From Monocercomonoides exilis PA203 (Eukaryota > Protista > Preaxostyla), in contig LSRY02000036.1 in assembly GCA_001643675.2 (NCBI GenBank), positions 558,001-622,000 of the forward strand: a stretch of DNA of 64,000 bases, given 5' to 3'. Both the position numbers and the translations under genes were made by a program. This document shows, in pieces, positions 29,200-41,014 of the stretch. The notes beneath the pieces were generated by a model. That model worked only from the letters and a program-made list of their open reading frames with translations. It was not told the origin of the DNA and made no database searches. Numbering within the stretch: position 1 is the first letter of the stretch; every line of letters starts with the position of its first letter.

Positions 29200-32086
29200 C
29201 AAATGAAACATCATATCTTTTTTTTCAGCAAAAAAAGATAGCAAACACCCCAACAATACAGGTAAAGAAATTGGAAAAGTTCACTTTGAAGCGATCAATA
29301 ATAGATATTGGATAGCGTACACTCCAGTCAAAAATGATGGATCGTTAAAAAAGGATGACCACATATACTATTTATGTCCTTACATCAAGCAAGCAGTTGA
29401 TTGCGGGATATGTGGAAGGAAAGGAAGCGAAAGGATATGCAATCATCAATGTTCTCTGTTGAATAATTCTTGGATCGTTCAACATTTTAAATCGACATAT
29501 TCTTCAAGCCATCAAACAAATTTTGCAACAAAGAAAATTGTACCTTATCATTTTCAATATGATTCTTTAATAATTCTTTTTTTAAGCTGATCAGTCATTG
29601 TGATATAGCTTTCTTGTCTGCTCACTCATCGGAATCTAATACTTTTATTTCAACATTAATACAGATCTCACAACAAAATCCGTCTTTGTCAACAAAGTCC
29701 ATTTTTCCTCGTTTGAATCACAGAAAACTCTCTTCAATTATTCATGATGAAGTGAACGAAATAATCGCTGAAAGGAAAAAAATAATCAATAATTCAATGG
29801 TTGGAGTGATAATTGATGGAGGAATTATAGTAAGTCAAAAGTTCACAGTTATTACAGTTGTCCCATTGAAGGAATTTGCAAAACCATTTTTTTGGAGGAT
29901 AAATGAAGCTTGCAGAAGTTTATCAGACTATTTGAAGCTCATCACACAGATTTTTACGGAAATCAGAGATCTTCACGGAGAAGTGCGATGCTTTTGCACG
30001 GATGGTTTGTTTCATCAACGATAAGCAATTGAAAGTTTGAGTGAAGAAAATATTTCCAAAACGTCTTTATCGATATGCGCAGGAACTACTCCATTATTTG
30101 TGTATTGCTGCAATCATCAAGAAAATTTAGAAGTGAGTCATTTTTGCAGAAAAAATGAATACTTTCAAAAATTGAGAGATTCAATTATTTCATATTCCAA
30201 ACAAGTGAAAGTCCTTTCTCGAAGAATTCCTTCTATTCCTAAATACCCCACATTTGAAGAAACTGGATGGCTTTGTCTTTATGACATTTGTTGTTTCATT
30301 AGAAAATATTATAATAATGATTGTTTTTCTGAATTGTTGGAATCAATTTTTGAAAGTGATGTGATCAAAAATGAACTTCTTTTATTTCCTCTCAAAGAAC
30401 TTCAGTTGTTCTTTTCAAAGGAAGAATCCAAGTTAGGTGATATTTTCCTTGAGATATTGAAAGCATTTGCACGGTTCATTTGGATGCAGGAGCTGTCAGA
30501 ATTTTCTGATGAGAACTGGCGATCTGGTTTATGTCAAATTATCATTCTTTTATATAACTTTTTCTTGGCAAGAAATCGAGAGAATATTATTTTTTTAGCC
30601 TTCTCTTTGACACCAACAGGAAGAAATCTTTATCAAGCATGATCATTTTCCGTAACATTCTGTTCAGCATTGTGCTGTTAAAAAAAGGATATAAACAGGC
30701 TTTTTCAGTAGAAACCACCTGTTCTATTTCCAAACACGTTGATTCAAATAATGCATTACTTCATACTGATATGAATATTACGAACAAAGCAGAATCATCA
30801 AAATCCCAGTGTCGCAAACACTTGTTGCAGTCAATCTCACCCTCATTTTCGTCATTTAACTCCAATGCAATTTCTTCTTCATCATCTTCTTCATCTTCCT
30901 CTCCTTTCACTTTTCCTTCCTCTCCTTCCTCTCCTTCCACTTATCAAATAATCAACTTCTTCTCCTTCTTGTTTGAACTCGATTTCTTTTGAAAATGAAA
31001 TGGAAACTGATCATCGAAAAATCTGCAAGATGAAAAGAATTGACAAACAAAATGAATTTCCAAATGAAACTTCAAAGCAAAAAACCGTGAAAGATTTGTT
31101 CGTTGGAAATGATTTATCTTCTCGAAAAATAATGTTAAATGTTCCATCTTCAATGACGTATGAATCGAACCCCATCACAATCGACGCATTTTATTCCACT
31201 CTTCGTTCGTTGAATCCTGAACCTTGAAAAAATAAAAAGCAAACTTCATCGTTTCAAAAGGAAGGCTATTCATCTTCTCATATAACAATCACTGTTCCAA
31301 AGATGTAAAGCAAGAATCCAGATGACACGCACATTATTCAGTTACTCAAAATAATATCAGAAAATTCTCCGTTAAAAATTAATGAATTTTCTACAATGGA
31401 ACAAAAAAATTGATGAGGAAGATCTGGACATCTTTGGATTATCACAAGCTGAAAGAGATTCTGAAGCAGACGAATTTCCTTACTCTTTTGATTCGTCTTT
31501 ATCTTTGCAGAAAGAGACCTATATATATTTCACAAGAAAAGAAAGTGAAAAAGAAATCAGTGAAATAAGGAGCAAAGTTAGAAGCAAAGTTGCTTAAAGA
31601 AATGATGATGATGAATCCTCAGACAATTCTGAAAACAACGATGATCTTCGATTTATTAGCTCAAGTGAATTTATTGAATTTGGAAAACTGAAAAATATGG
31701 ATCAGAAACAAATGACAAATAGAAGCATTATCGAAACAATAAAGATGGATTGGTTAATAAGAATGAAAAGTGGATTTCATCAATATGCGTCAAATATTCT
31801 TTCTGTCCAAAACAAAGAAGTTAGGGAACATGTGGAAGCTTTATATTCTTCTTTTATTTTTGACTGTCATCAGTCTGTTGTGCTTGAAAATTGTTTTGTT
31901 TTATTCTCTGAAATTAGTTAACTTGATCATTTTCACTCTATTATTTCAAACATTTGTTTCGCTTTAATAACTTTCCCCTGCAGCGAGACTTCTTGCGAGC
32001 GACTATTTTCAAGGCTTCGTGGTATTGTGGGGGATAGAAGACACTAACTTTCATTGATAATGCTGAATTCTTTGCTTCTTCTTTGA
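29200..32086 (+). pseudogene. hAT transposase pseudogene
   Basis: Motifs in the expected order: Cys/His cluster (YLCPY...CGIC...CNHQC), VIIDGG (first D), FCTDG (second D), CCNH (CxxH), EETGWL (TRW-like), and the C-terminal dimerisation motif ITFPCSETSCERLFSRLRGIVGDRR (from 31967). Broken by in-frame stops (e.g. TAA 30022, TGA 30640, TAA 32045) and frameshifts. Confidence 0.85.
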
Positions 32087-32552
32087 AAGTTTTCATAATT
32101 TCATTTTATTACATAAATTCAAAACAATTGATGAATTTGTTTTATTATAATATTTCAGTTTTCAAACACTGATAATTATTTATGCTTAAATTATCTAAAA
32201 GATAATATTCTGAACGTCAATTGAAACAACGATAAAAAACTATTAAATGTTGACTCTTGGAAACAAGCTGCAATTTTCCTCAAATCGTTAATAAGAAAAA
32301 AACGAATTAAACAAGTTATTTCTTCATTCTCTTTTCAATGTGACTTTATATTTGATTATCATCGATGGCAACAACCATTCCTTGAAAAATAAGAAGTTAG
32401 TTGTGATAAAAATGTTATTTCAATCCTGAATAAATCAATCTTAATTTTGATTGATACATAAATACATTTGAAATTGCATATCAAAACTGAAATATCACAA
32501 AATCATCACTAAAAAGTTCTCGTTCACACTTTACAAGATTCTTTTAAGATAA

Positions 32553-32815
32553 TGTGGGGTAAAATATTTCGCTTCAAGCATTTTCATTGAAAAATTATGC
32601 ACTTTTCATTGACTTTTTGAGATTAAAAAACACAATAAAAATGGATCCAATTCAAACATTAGTGAAATGTTGGATGACTTTCTGTTTTGATTTCAATGAT
32701 GTATGTTAAATGATATGAAAATCAAATTTATTTTGAATTCTGAGAAAGCGAAACAAAGTTGTGAGCGAAACAATTTTTTCGTGCTTTGTGCATAAAAAGC
32801 TTGAAAGTCCGTATT
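32553..32815. repeat. Second, diverged direct copy of the 28156-28418 repeat
   Basis: Shared blocks such as AAAATATTTC(A/G)CTTCA(G/A)GCATTTTCATTGA and GCTTTGTGCATAAAAAGCTTGAAAGTCC. Confidence 0.85.
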
Positions 32816-32943
32816 TTTTCCCATGTGTTTTTCATTTATTTTGCCTCCTTTTTTTAAGTTTCAACTTCTTCTCAATTTTTTCATCTCCTCCGTTCAAAAC
32901 TCTTTGCTGCCTAAAATATGAAATATATTCATCTTATATAGTT

Positions 32944-34180
32944 TTACACTCCTCTTTCAAAATTGACTTCTTTCTCTTTCATTCTTCTTCCATCACTTTC
33001 ACAAATTGCATCTGACATCGTTATCATCGCAGCGCCTGTTGGAAAACGTTGAATAAACTCTCTCTTCAGAGTAGTCTGCAATAATCTTTCTAAGGGATCA
33101 CCTGACAGACACACAATCACCACATTCTTTAAGTGTTTTCTTCTGGATTGCTTCCAAGTTTGGCCTCTCTTCATCCACAATCTTCTGCCCAGCCACATCT
33201 GCCTCATAATCACCAAAAGGTATTTGAAGAGTCAGGCACTCCCACAGCATCATCCCGACCGAGAATGCCACCGACTTCTCTGTTGCCCCCATCTTCTTGT
33301 TCAACAACAATTCTGGTGCCTTCCACCTCAGGCACTCTTTTTTGAAATCATCCTCATCCTCAAATGCAGACGAGGGAAGTGAGTCTTCATCATCATCATC
33401 ATCACTGGCAGATGTGACAACAGTCGATGAAGAGATTGAGGATGAATCCGAATCATCGTCAGAAGAGAAGTCGGAATGCATCACAATGCAGATTACCATA
33501 TGCTCAGAGAACAGCACAATGTGTGGGCTCAGATTGACAAGTGACTGAAGAGGGTTGTCCATCTCGGAAAATGAGTGAAGCGCAAGATTGGCCACCCAGA
33601 ACAAGACCTGGGCAGCTGTCTGCTCTCTTTCCTTCAGAGTGCCTATCGCCATCTCCTTCTTCTCATTCCTCCCATGAAGCAGCATGAACAGCGAATCCCT
33701 CAGATCCACAATCAATTTCTCATGTGGTGAAGAGCAGGCCATTGCATCCACCAGATTCGACATCGATGAGGTGGTTGGACACAGATCTTCCCCTCGAACA
33801 AATGTTGAATCTGAGTCAGTTGTTGTAGTGGATGAAATAGACGAAATGGAAGGTGAAGGTGTTCGCTTTCTTGTCTCTTCTTCTTCTTTCTCATCAACCT
33901 TCTCCAGCATCCATTCAGGAATCTTGTCTGAGTCTCTGCCCAATATGTATTCAGTCGATCCACTCTCAGACAGAAGATGCTCCGATGACTCTGAATGTCC
34001 CAAACTTTTCGCATACACCCTCTTCTTGATTCTTTCCTCATTCTTCTTCTCTGCCTCACTTTCTGCTCTCCTCCACTGCTCCTCAGATGACATCTCCATT
34101 TTCACCATCTCAAACGCCTTCGGATCTTTTCTGACGTTGTCATTCTCAATCTCTTCCTGGTTTTCTGAATTCCTCTATCC
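32944..34180 (-). pseudogene. 5'-truncated, frameshifted fragment of a degenerate tyrosine-kinase-like protein
   Basis: Kinase C-lobe motifs CLRWKAPELL, SVAFSVGMMLWECLTLQIPF and ERP. No GxGxxG, HRD or DFG. The C-terminus (CLSGDPLER...KREFIQRFP) continues in another frame (32944-33216). In-frame TAG just upstream of RNSENQEEIENDNVRKDPKAFEMV. Confidence 0.75.
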
Positions 34181-35482
34181 GATTTTTTAACGAGTTTAAA
34201 ACAATTAAATAAAAGATACAATCAACGTTTATTCTCATTTTTATATTTCACAACTCCAACATTTGTTTTCATATTTGTGATTTTTGCAAAAAAAAAAAAA
34301 AAGAAAAGAAAAGAAAAAAATAAAAAAGGAAAAAAAGAAAGAAAATGAAAAAAGAAAGAAAGAAAGAAGAAGAAGCAACCAATCGGACAATGGGCTTATT
34401 ATATTATTAACTTTTTATGAATATTATATTATTTTTGTTCCAAAAAGCATCAAAAATAAACAAACAAAATTAAAAACGTTTTTTTAAAAACAAATATTTA
34501 ACCAGTTATCAACAATTTGAACTTCTGAATATCAAAAGTTCGATTGCAAGTTTCCAATTGACTGCTGTTTTAATAACCAATTCTGTTGTTGAAATTAACG
34601 TTTTAAAAAATTATCTGATTCTATTTGTTGTTCAAAAAGAATAAAAACAACAAAATATCATCATCCTATAAAAATTATCTGGATAAAAGAAAAATTGCCT
34701 CAAACCTGTTCTGAACAATGTGCTTTTAAAAAAACAAATATTTTTGAATCTCTTTATTGATTGCTTTTTTATTTATGTCTTATATGCATATATTGCATAT
34801 CAAGCAATAACATCAAAATTGTGAAACAAGAGATTATGAAATAAATGCATATGAATAAACAATATCGTTTTATCAATTAATAAACAATAAAAAAAAATAT
34901 ACAAAGTTAAGAGTGCAAAATTTTTCCTTGAAACTTTTCTTTCATGGAAAGTGAACTCATTTTCTTATATAGCGCATCAAAACAAAGCGAACAAATCGGA
35001 TTATCAACGAATGTATTTCGATCAAATGAATAATAATTTTTTTCATTTGATTTTTTAATCCACTTTTGTTTAAATTTAAAATTAATATCAATTAATTGTA
35101 AGAAATTCATTATGTTAAGAAATTTTGTAGTAAAAACGATGATTGCGCACTTTTTGGATAATAATTGAGAAATTGAGCAATTCGACAACGAAAGACTTAT
35201 TCGACCGACACAATAATTTAAAAAATGAGTTGTCGCAAAGGCCTAGTTTTGAGTTATATCATTGTTAATAAACTTAACTTCTTAATGTTTTTGGTTGTTT
35301 TTTTGATATAAAACACTTCGTTATTTATTATTTTTTCCATTTCACAAAATGCCAATTCAACGAGAAAGAATTGTGAAGTTTGAATTTCCATTTTTCAATA
35401 TTTTGAATAATAATTGTGAAACTGATTGTTATGAGTGTCACAAAATTTTTGTCATAAACTTTGTGATTTCAGGTTTATGATA

Positions 35483-35522
<40 letters not shown>

Positions 35523-35628
35523 CAGTAAGAAAAAAAGAAAGAAACATTCAAAAAATTGAGAAAAATATCATATAATATCGTGCTGACGAAATTCAAAAAG
35601 CAAAAACACCTTCCATAAAAATCAAAAG

Positions 35629-38008
35629 ACCCATAACGAAACAGAATTCTTGAAAGATCAAACATATTTGTTGAATCGCTTGTTTGCAAGCAACAAGCAA
35701 TTGCAGTTCACATAAAATAACAAGGAAATGGGAAATAAAGTTGATGCGATGAATCCTGATAAAGATGCATTTGGATATACAAAGGCAATGAGCTGGATCA
35801 AAAATAATAAAACAGACCCGCCTGAGTGGATGAGGCATGATGCCACACTTCGCAACAATAAAGGAATGACAATGGCTGTGATATGGATTGCAAATGTCAA
35901 AACAGAACCACCAGAATGGATGAGACACAACAATGAAGTTGTAGACAAGGAAGGACAGACAATGGCGATGCTATGGATAAGTCATGTGAAGACAGAACCA
36001 CCAATTTGGATGAGACACGATATCACTCTTTGCAACAATAACGGATGGACAATGGCTATGATATGGATTGAAAATGTGAAAACAGATCCACCAGAATGGA
36101 TGAGACATGACCCCGCACTTGCGAACAATGATGGCTGGACGATGGCCATGCTTTGGACTTATCATGTGAAAACAGAACCATCAGAATGGATGAGACATGA
36201 CCCCGCACTTGCGAACGATGATGGCTGGACGATGGCCATGCTTTGGACTTATCATGTGAAAACAGATCCACCAGAATGGATGAGGCATGATATAACACTT
36301 GGCAATAAAGGCGGATGGACGATGGCCATGCTGTGGGCTTATCATGTTAAAACAGAACCACCAGAATGGATGAAGCATGATACTTCGCTTGTGAACAAAA
36401 ATGGGTGTACAATGGCTATGAACTGGATTTCAGATGTGAAGACAGAACCACCAATTTGGCTGAGACACGATGCAGAGCTTAAGGATAGAAATGGAATGAC
36501 TTTGGCCATGAATTGGATTATTTTGAAAGAAAATACTCCACCGGAATGGATGAGGCACGATCCTGCACTTGCGAACAATGATGGCTGGACGATGGCAATG
36601 CTGTGGATAAGTAAAGTTAAAACGGATGTTCTGGGATGGATGAGACATGACATCACCCTGCGCAACAAGGACGGATGGACGATGGCGATGATCTGGATTG
36701 AAAATGTGAAAACAAAGCCACCAGAATGGATGAGACATGATCCCGCACTTGCGAACAATGATGGCTGGACGATGGACATGCTGTGGATAAAGCACATCAA
36801 AACAGAGCCACCAGAATGGATGAAGGCGGACAATGTGGCTCACGATAAAAAAAAGAGAAGAGAGGGAACGAACTGTGAAAATGAAAGAAAATGTGAAAGC
36901 TTGGAGGGAGGAAAGGAGGAAGCGAAAGTTTTTGACAGAAATGGAAGAACAGATGCGATGAACTGGATTGTTGAAAACAAAGCAGAGCCTCCAGAGGAAA
37001 TGAGGCACGAGGCGATAGAGGGAGACGAGGAAGGAAGAACAATGGCGATGCTGTGGATAGAGAATGTGAAGAGCGAACCTCCGGAATGGATGAGGCACGA
37101 TGTGGGGCGTGGGGATATGTATGGGAGAACGATGGCCATGCACTGGATTGCGAATGTGCAAACAGAGCCGCCGGAGTGGATGAGGCACAGAGGGATGCAA
37201 GTGGACAAGGACGGGTGGACAATGGCGATGCACTGGATCAGACACATCAAATCAGAACCTCCGGAGTGGATGCGGCACGAGGTTACGGTTGGAGATGAGA
37301 ACGGATGGACGATGGCGATGCATTGGATTGGGGATGTTCAGACAGAGCCGCCGGAGTGGATGCGGCACGGATCAATATTTATTGACCAGAATGGAATGAC
37401 GATGGCTATGCACTGGATTACGAGGGTGAAGACAGCACCCCCAGAGTGGATGAGGCACAGAACGACACAAGTGGACAAGAGCGGGAGGACGATGGCGATG
37501 CTGTGGATTGCGAATGTTAAGAGCGAACCGCCGGAGTGGATGAGGCACGATGCAAACATCAGCAACAAGGAAGGGTGGACGATGAAGACATTTTGGAAGA
37601 ACTATGTTGAGAGTGAGGTTCCGGGATGGATGAAAGGAGATTGCAAGGTTTGAGTGATGGCTTTGATTGTTAGGCTACTGTGTGGACGGCTGAACAAGTA
37701 CCATTCATCAATTGATATGAACGTCATGTAATTGTTTTTTGATTTCTTCTTATTTTTTGGTACAACTTTTCATTTTTTTCTGAAAAAAATGAAAGATATT
37801 TTATTGCTTGTTATTTTTTCATTTTTGTATCTCTGCATTCAATTTGTATCTGTTTGTTGATTTTATTGCTTGTTGATTTGAGACGCACTTCAGCATTTTC
37901 CAACGTTTTTGCTTTGATGACAAACAAAAGACATCACTTCATGATGATTTAACGTTTGCTGTTTTTCGAAGCCAATTATTTCTCTTTGTCTGAAAAAATC
38001 TTTTAAAA
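35629..38008 (+). repeat. Segmental duplication, copy A (direct repeat of 57504-59792)
   Basis: Near-identical ~100-bp 5' flank (ACCCATAACGAAACAGAATT...), gene, and ~350-bp 3' flank. Confidence 0.92.
35728..37653 (+). CDS. 641-aa protein of twenty 30-aa Trp/Met/His-rich tandem repeats (HDxxLxNxxGWTMAMLWIxxVKTEPPEWMR), divergent ankyrin-like
   Basis: Intact ATG-TGA ORF. 12 repeats, a charged linker, then 8 repeats; 90-bp DNA period. A paralog is present at 57603. Confidence 0.9.
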   Translation: MGNKVDAMNPDKDAFGYTKAMSWIKNNKTDPPEWMRHDATLRNNKGMTMAVIWIANVKTEPPEWMRHNNEVVDKEGQTMAMLWISHVKTEPPIWMRHDITLCNNNGWTMAMIWIENVKTDPPEWMRHDPALANNDGWTMAMLWTYHVKTEPSEWMRHDPALANDDGWTMAMLWTYHVKTDPPEWMRHDITLGNKGGWTMAMLWAYHVKTEPPEWMKHDTSLVNKNGCTMAMNWISDVKTEPPIWLRHDAELKDRNGMTLAMNWIILKENTPPEWMRHDPALANNDGWTMAMLWISKVKTDVLGWMRHDITLRNKDGWTMAMIWIENVKTKPPEWMRHDPALANNDGWTMDMLWIKHIKTEPPEWMKADNVAHDKKKRREGTNCENERKCESLEGGKEEAKVFDRNGRTDAMNWIVENKAEPPEEMRHEAIEGDEEGRTMAMLWIENVKSEPPEWMRHDVGRGDMYGRTMAMHWIANVQTEPPEWMRHRGMQVDKDGWTMAMHWIRHIKSEPPEWMRHEVTVGDENGWTMAMHWIGDVQTEPPEWMRHGSIFIDQNGMTMAMHWITRVKTAPPEWMRHRTTQVDKSGRTMAMLWIANVKSEPPEWMRHDANISNKEGWTMKTFWKNYVESEVPGWMKGDCKV

Positions 38009-38488
38009 ATATATTTCAAAAATATGAAAACATTTCCATTCATGATACTGTTTTTTATTTTTATTTTTATTTTATTTTATTTTATTATATTTTTTTATCA
38101 ATTTTTATTTTTATTTTTTTGTGCGTGTGCTTTCATTCATCGCTTGAAGTGTTCGAAATACAAACTTTGAAAAACAGTTGGAATTTGCATAATGTTGAAA
38201 AAAAATATTAAAGCTTCAAAAAAAGTCAAAAAATGCAATCAGAAACATAATTTGAGGAATGAGAAAAGAAGAGGGAGAAGTATCTTTTTCATTCGCAAAA
38301 ATAATACGAAAATAAAATTTTGATTGGCATTCACCTTTTCAAACAACAAAATATCTCCTTCACTTTCATATCCAAAAGGTCCAATAATTCTTTCGTGTAA
38401 ATAACAAATAGAACCATTGTTGCATTTACGCAATCTGAGAATGCACGTTTGTGTGACAAGCCATCACTCTCATTCAGTTTGCAGAGTT

Positions 38489-38871
38489 TAAAAAAAATAA
38501 AAAATAAAAAATAAAAAATAAAAAATAAAAATAAAAATAAAAATAAAAATAAAAATAAAAAATAAAAAATAAAAAATAAAAAATAAAAAATAAAAAATAA
38601 AAAATAAAAAATAAAAAATAAAAAATAAAAAATAAAAAATAAAAAATAAAAAATAAAAAATAAAAAATAAAAAATAAAAAATAAAAAATAAAAAATAAAA
38701 AATAAAAAATAAAAAATAAAAAATAAAAAATAAAAAAATAAAAAAAATAAAAAATAAAAAATAAAAAATAAAAAATAAAAAATAAAAAATAAAAAATAAA
38801 AATAAAAATAAAAATAAAAATAAAAATAAAAATAAAAATAAAAATAAAAATAAAAATAAAAAATAAAAAAT

Positions 38872-38941
<70 letters not shown>

Positions 38942-40044
38942 AAATAAAAAATAAAAAATAAAAAATAAAAAATAAAAAATAAAAAATAAAAAATAAAAAA
39001 TAAAAAATAAAAAATAAAAAATAAAAAATAAAAAATAAAAAATAAAAAATAAAAAATAAAAAATAAAAAATAAAAAATAAAAATAAAAATAAAAATAAAA
39101 ATAAAAATAAAAATAAAAATAAAAATAAAAATAAAAATAAAAAATAAAAAATAAAAAATAAAAAATAAAAAATAAAAAAAAAAAAATAAAAAATAAAAAA
39201 TAAAAAATAAAAAATAAAAAATAAAAAATAAAAAAAAAAAAATAAAAAATAAAAAAAAAAAAAAAAAAAATAAAAAAAAAAAAATAAAAAATAAAAAATA
39301 AAAAAAAAAAAAAAAAAAATAAAAAATAAAAAATAAAAAATAAAAAATAAAAAATAAAAAATAAAAATAAAAATAAAAATAAAAATAAAAATAAAAATAA
39401 AAAATAAAAAATAAAAAATAAAAAATAAAAAATAAAAAATAAAAAATAAAAAATAAAAAATAAAAAATAAAAAATAAAAATAAAAATAAAAATAAAAATA
39501 AAAATAAAAAATAAAAAATAAAAAATAAAAAATAAAAAATAAAAAATAAAAAATAAAAAATAAAAAATAAAAAATAAAAAATAAAAAATAAAAATAAAAA
39601 TAAAAATAAAAATAAAAAATAAAAAATAAAAAATAAAAAATAAAAAATAAAAAATAAAAAATAAAAAATAAAAAATAAAAAATAAAAATAAAAATAAAAA
39701 TAAAAATAAAAATAAAAATAAAAATAAAAATAAAAAATAAAAAATAAAAAATAAAAAATAAAAAATAAAAAATAAAAAATAAAAAATAAAAAATAAAAAA
39801 TAAAAAATAAAAAATAAAAAATAAAAAATAAAAAATAAAAAATAAAAAATAAAAAATAAAAAATAAAAAATAAAAAATAAAAAATAAAAAATAAAAAATA
39901 AAAAATAAAAAATAAAAAATAAAAAATAAAAAATAAAAATAAAAATAAAAAATAAAAAATAAAAAATAAAAAATAAAAAATAAAAAATAAAAAATAAAAA
40001 ATAAAAAATAAAAAATAAAAAATAAAAAATAAAAAATAAAAAAT
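38489..40044. repeat. 1.55-kb A/T-only satellite of (TAAAAAA)n with (TAAAAA)n blocks
   Basis: No G or C seen in the tract. 7-mer dominant, with 6-mer runs and a few longer A runs. Confidence 0.97.
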
Positions 40045-40059
40045 ATTATTTATAATATG

Positions 40060-40460
40060 AAAATACTCTTCATTCCTGCGCACACCAGCAATTCCACGTG
40101 CATCAAACATTCCCTCCTCCTCATTTCCATTTTCTTTTCTTCAAATAAAAGCCACATCCAATTTCTCTTCTTCCTCCGCTTGTAATCCTTGATTTGTGCA
40201 ATGCAACAGATGAAAGAATTCATCAATCAAACCACACATCGATAATTCAATTTCTGTTTGCTATGACGCCAATTCCGTTGTGCTTCTACAACAACTTGAA
40301 TGCTCATCGCGGCAGAAGACAAATATATCGATAGAAAGCTACAACCACTCATCTTTCCAGCAAACAAGTCAACAAAAACAGCTCTTTCACTGCTCCTTTC
40401 CCCAGATGTTATTTCCATTTGCATTCCTCTCCCCAGTCCCTGTAGCATTCAATCTTCCTC
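40060..40460 (-). pseudogene. Degraded fragment, possibly of a beta-helix surface-protein family
   Basis: Residual coding-like text (GRGMQMEITSG, AVFVDLFAGKMSGCSF) with stops and frameshifts, ending at the satellite. Confidence 0.25.
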
Positions 40461-40552
40461 TTCATTATCCATCTTCTTTGGCTTATCATATGGAAAATTA
40501 CAAAATGTGTATGAAAGAAGAAACAAATTGCCAAAGGCGCATTTTCTTTACG

Positions 40553-40666
40553 CTTCTTCTTCTTCTTCTTCTTCTTCTTCTTCTTCTTCTTCTTCTTCTT
40601 CTTCTTCTTCTTCTTCTTCTTCTTCTTCTTCTTCTTCTTCTTCTTCTTCTTCTTCTTCTTCTTCTT
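40553..40666. repeat. Perfect (CTT)n microsatellite, ~38 units
   Basis: Directly visible. Confidence 0.97.
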
Positions 40667-41014
40667 TTCCCTTGCTTTGTGTTGTGTTTTGTACAGTTTT
40701 TTCAGAGGGAGAAGAAACATCCTGTTTCGGCATACGTCCTTTTACGAAGTGTTAAGGTGCTGCCAAAGATGTTAATATGTCGATATCTCGAGAAAGAAGA
40801 GGAAAAAGAGAGAGAGAGAAAATAGAGAGAGAGAGAAAAGGGAAAAGAGAAGATGTAGATAATTCCTTTGCAAAGATACAGATTTCATCTTTGTCAAAAC
40901 GCATCTTGCTCGCCTCACGAAGCAAGCAGATGAAAAGGATTTGCTCTCTAAAATTCTCAAAATGTTGAAAATGAACAAGAGAAAGATGATGATGATGATG
41001 ATGATGATGATGAA

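Larger units (their letters stand above)
28637..35245 (+). mobile_element. Decayed hAT-superfamily DNA transposon, ~6.6 kb between TIRs
   Basis: Left TIR TAGGCCTTTGAGACA (28637) and right TIR TGTCGCAAAGGCCTA (35231-35245) match 14/15. CGAC-rich subterminal motifs at both ends. Encloses a hAT transposase remnant. No 8-bp TSD (CATTTAAA vs GTTTTGAG). Confidence 0.7.

Noticed and set aside
35484-35520. Poly-A tail of a retrocopy
   Set aside because: Lies upstream of the gene and outside the duplicated segment; no TSD or associated processed sequence is evident.
35728-37653. CRISPR-like or DGR-like repeat array
   Set aside because: The 90-bp units are in-frame coding repeats without unique spacers; no cas or reverse transcriptase gene; differences are not adenine-specific.
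38489-40044. Telomeric repeat array
   Set aside because: No G-rich strand and an internal position flanked by ordinary sequence.
38488-40110. 540-aa Phe/Ile/Tyr/Leu ORF on the minus strand
   Set aside because: Translation artefact of the TA6/TA5 satellite, which lacks stops on that strand.
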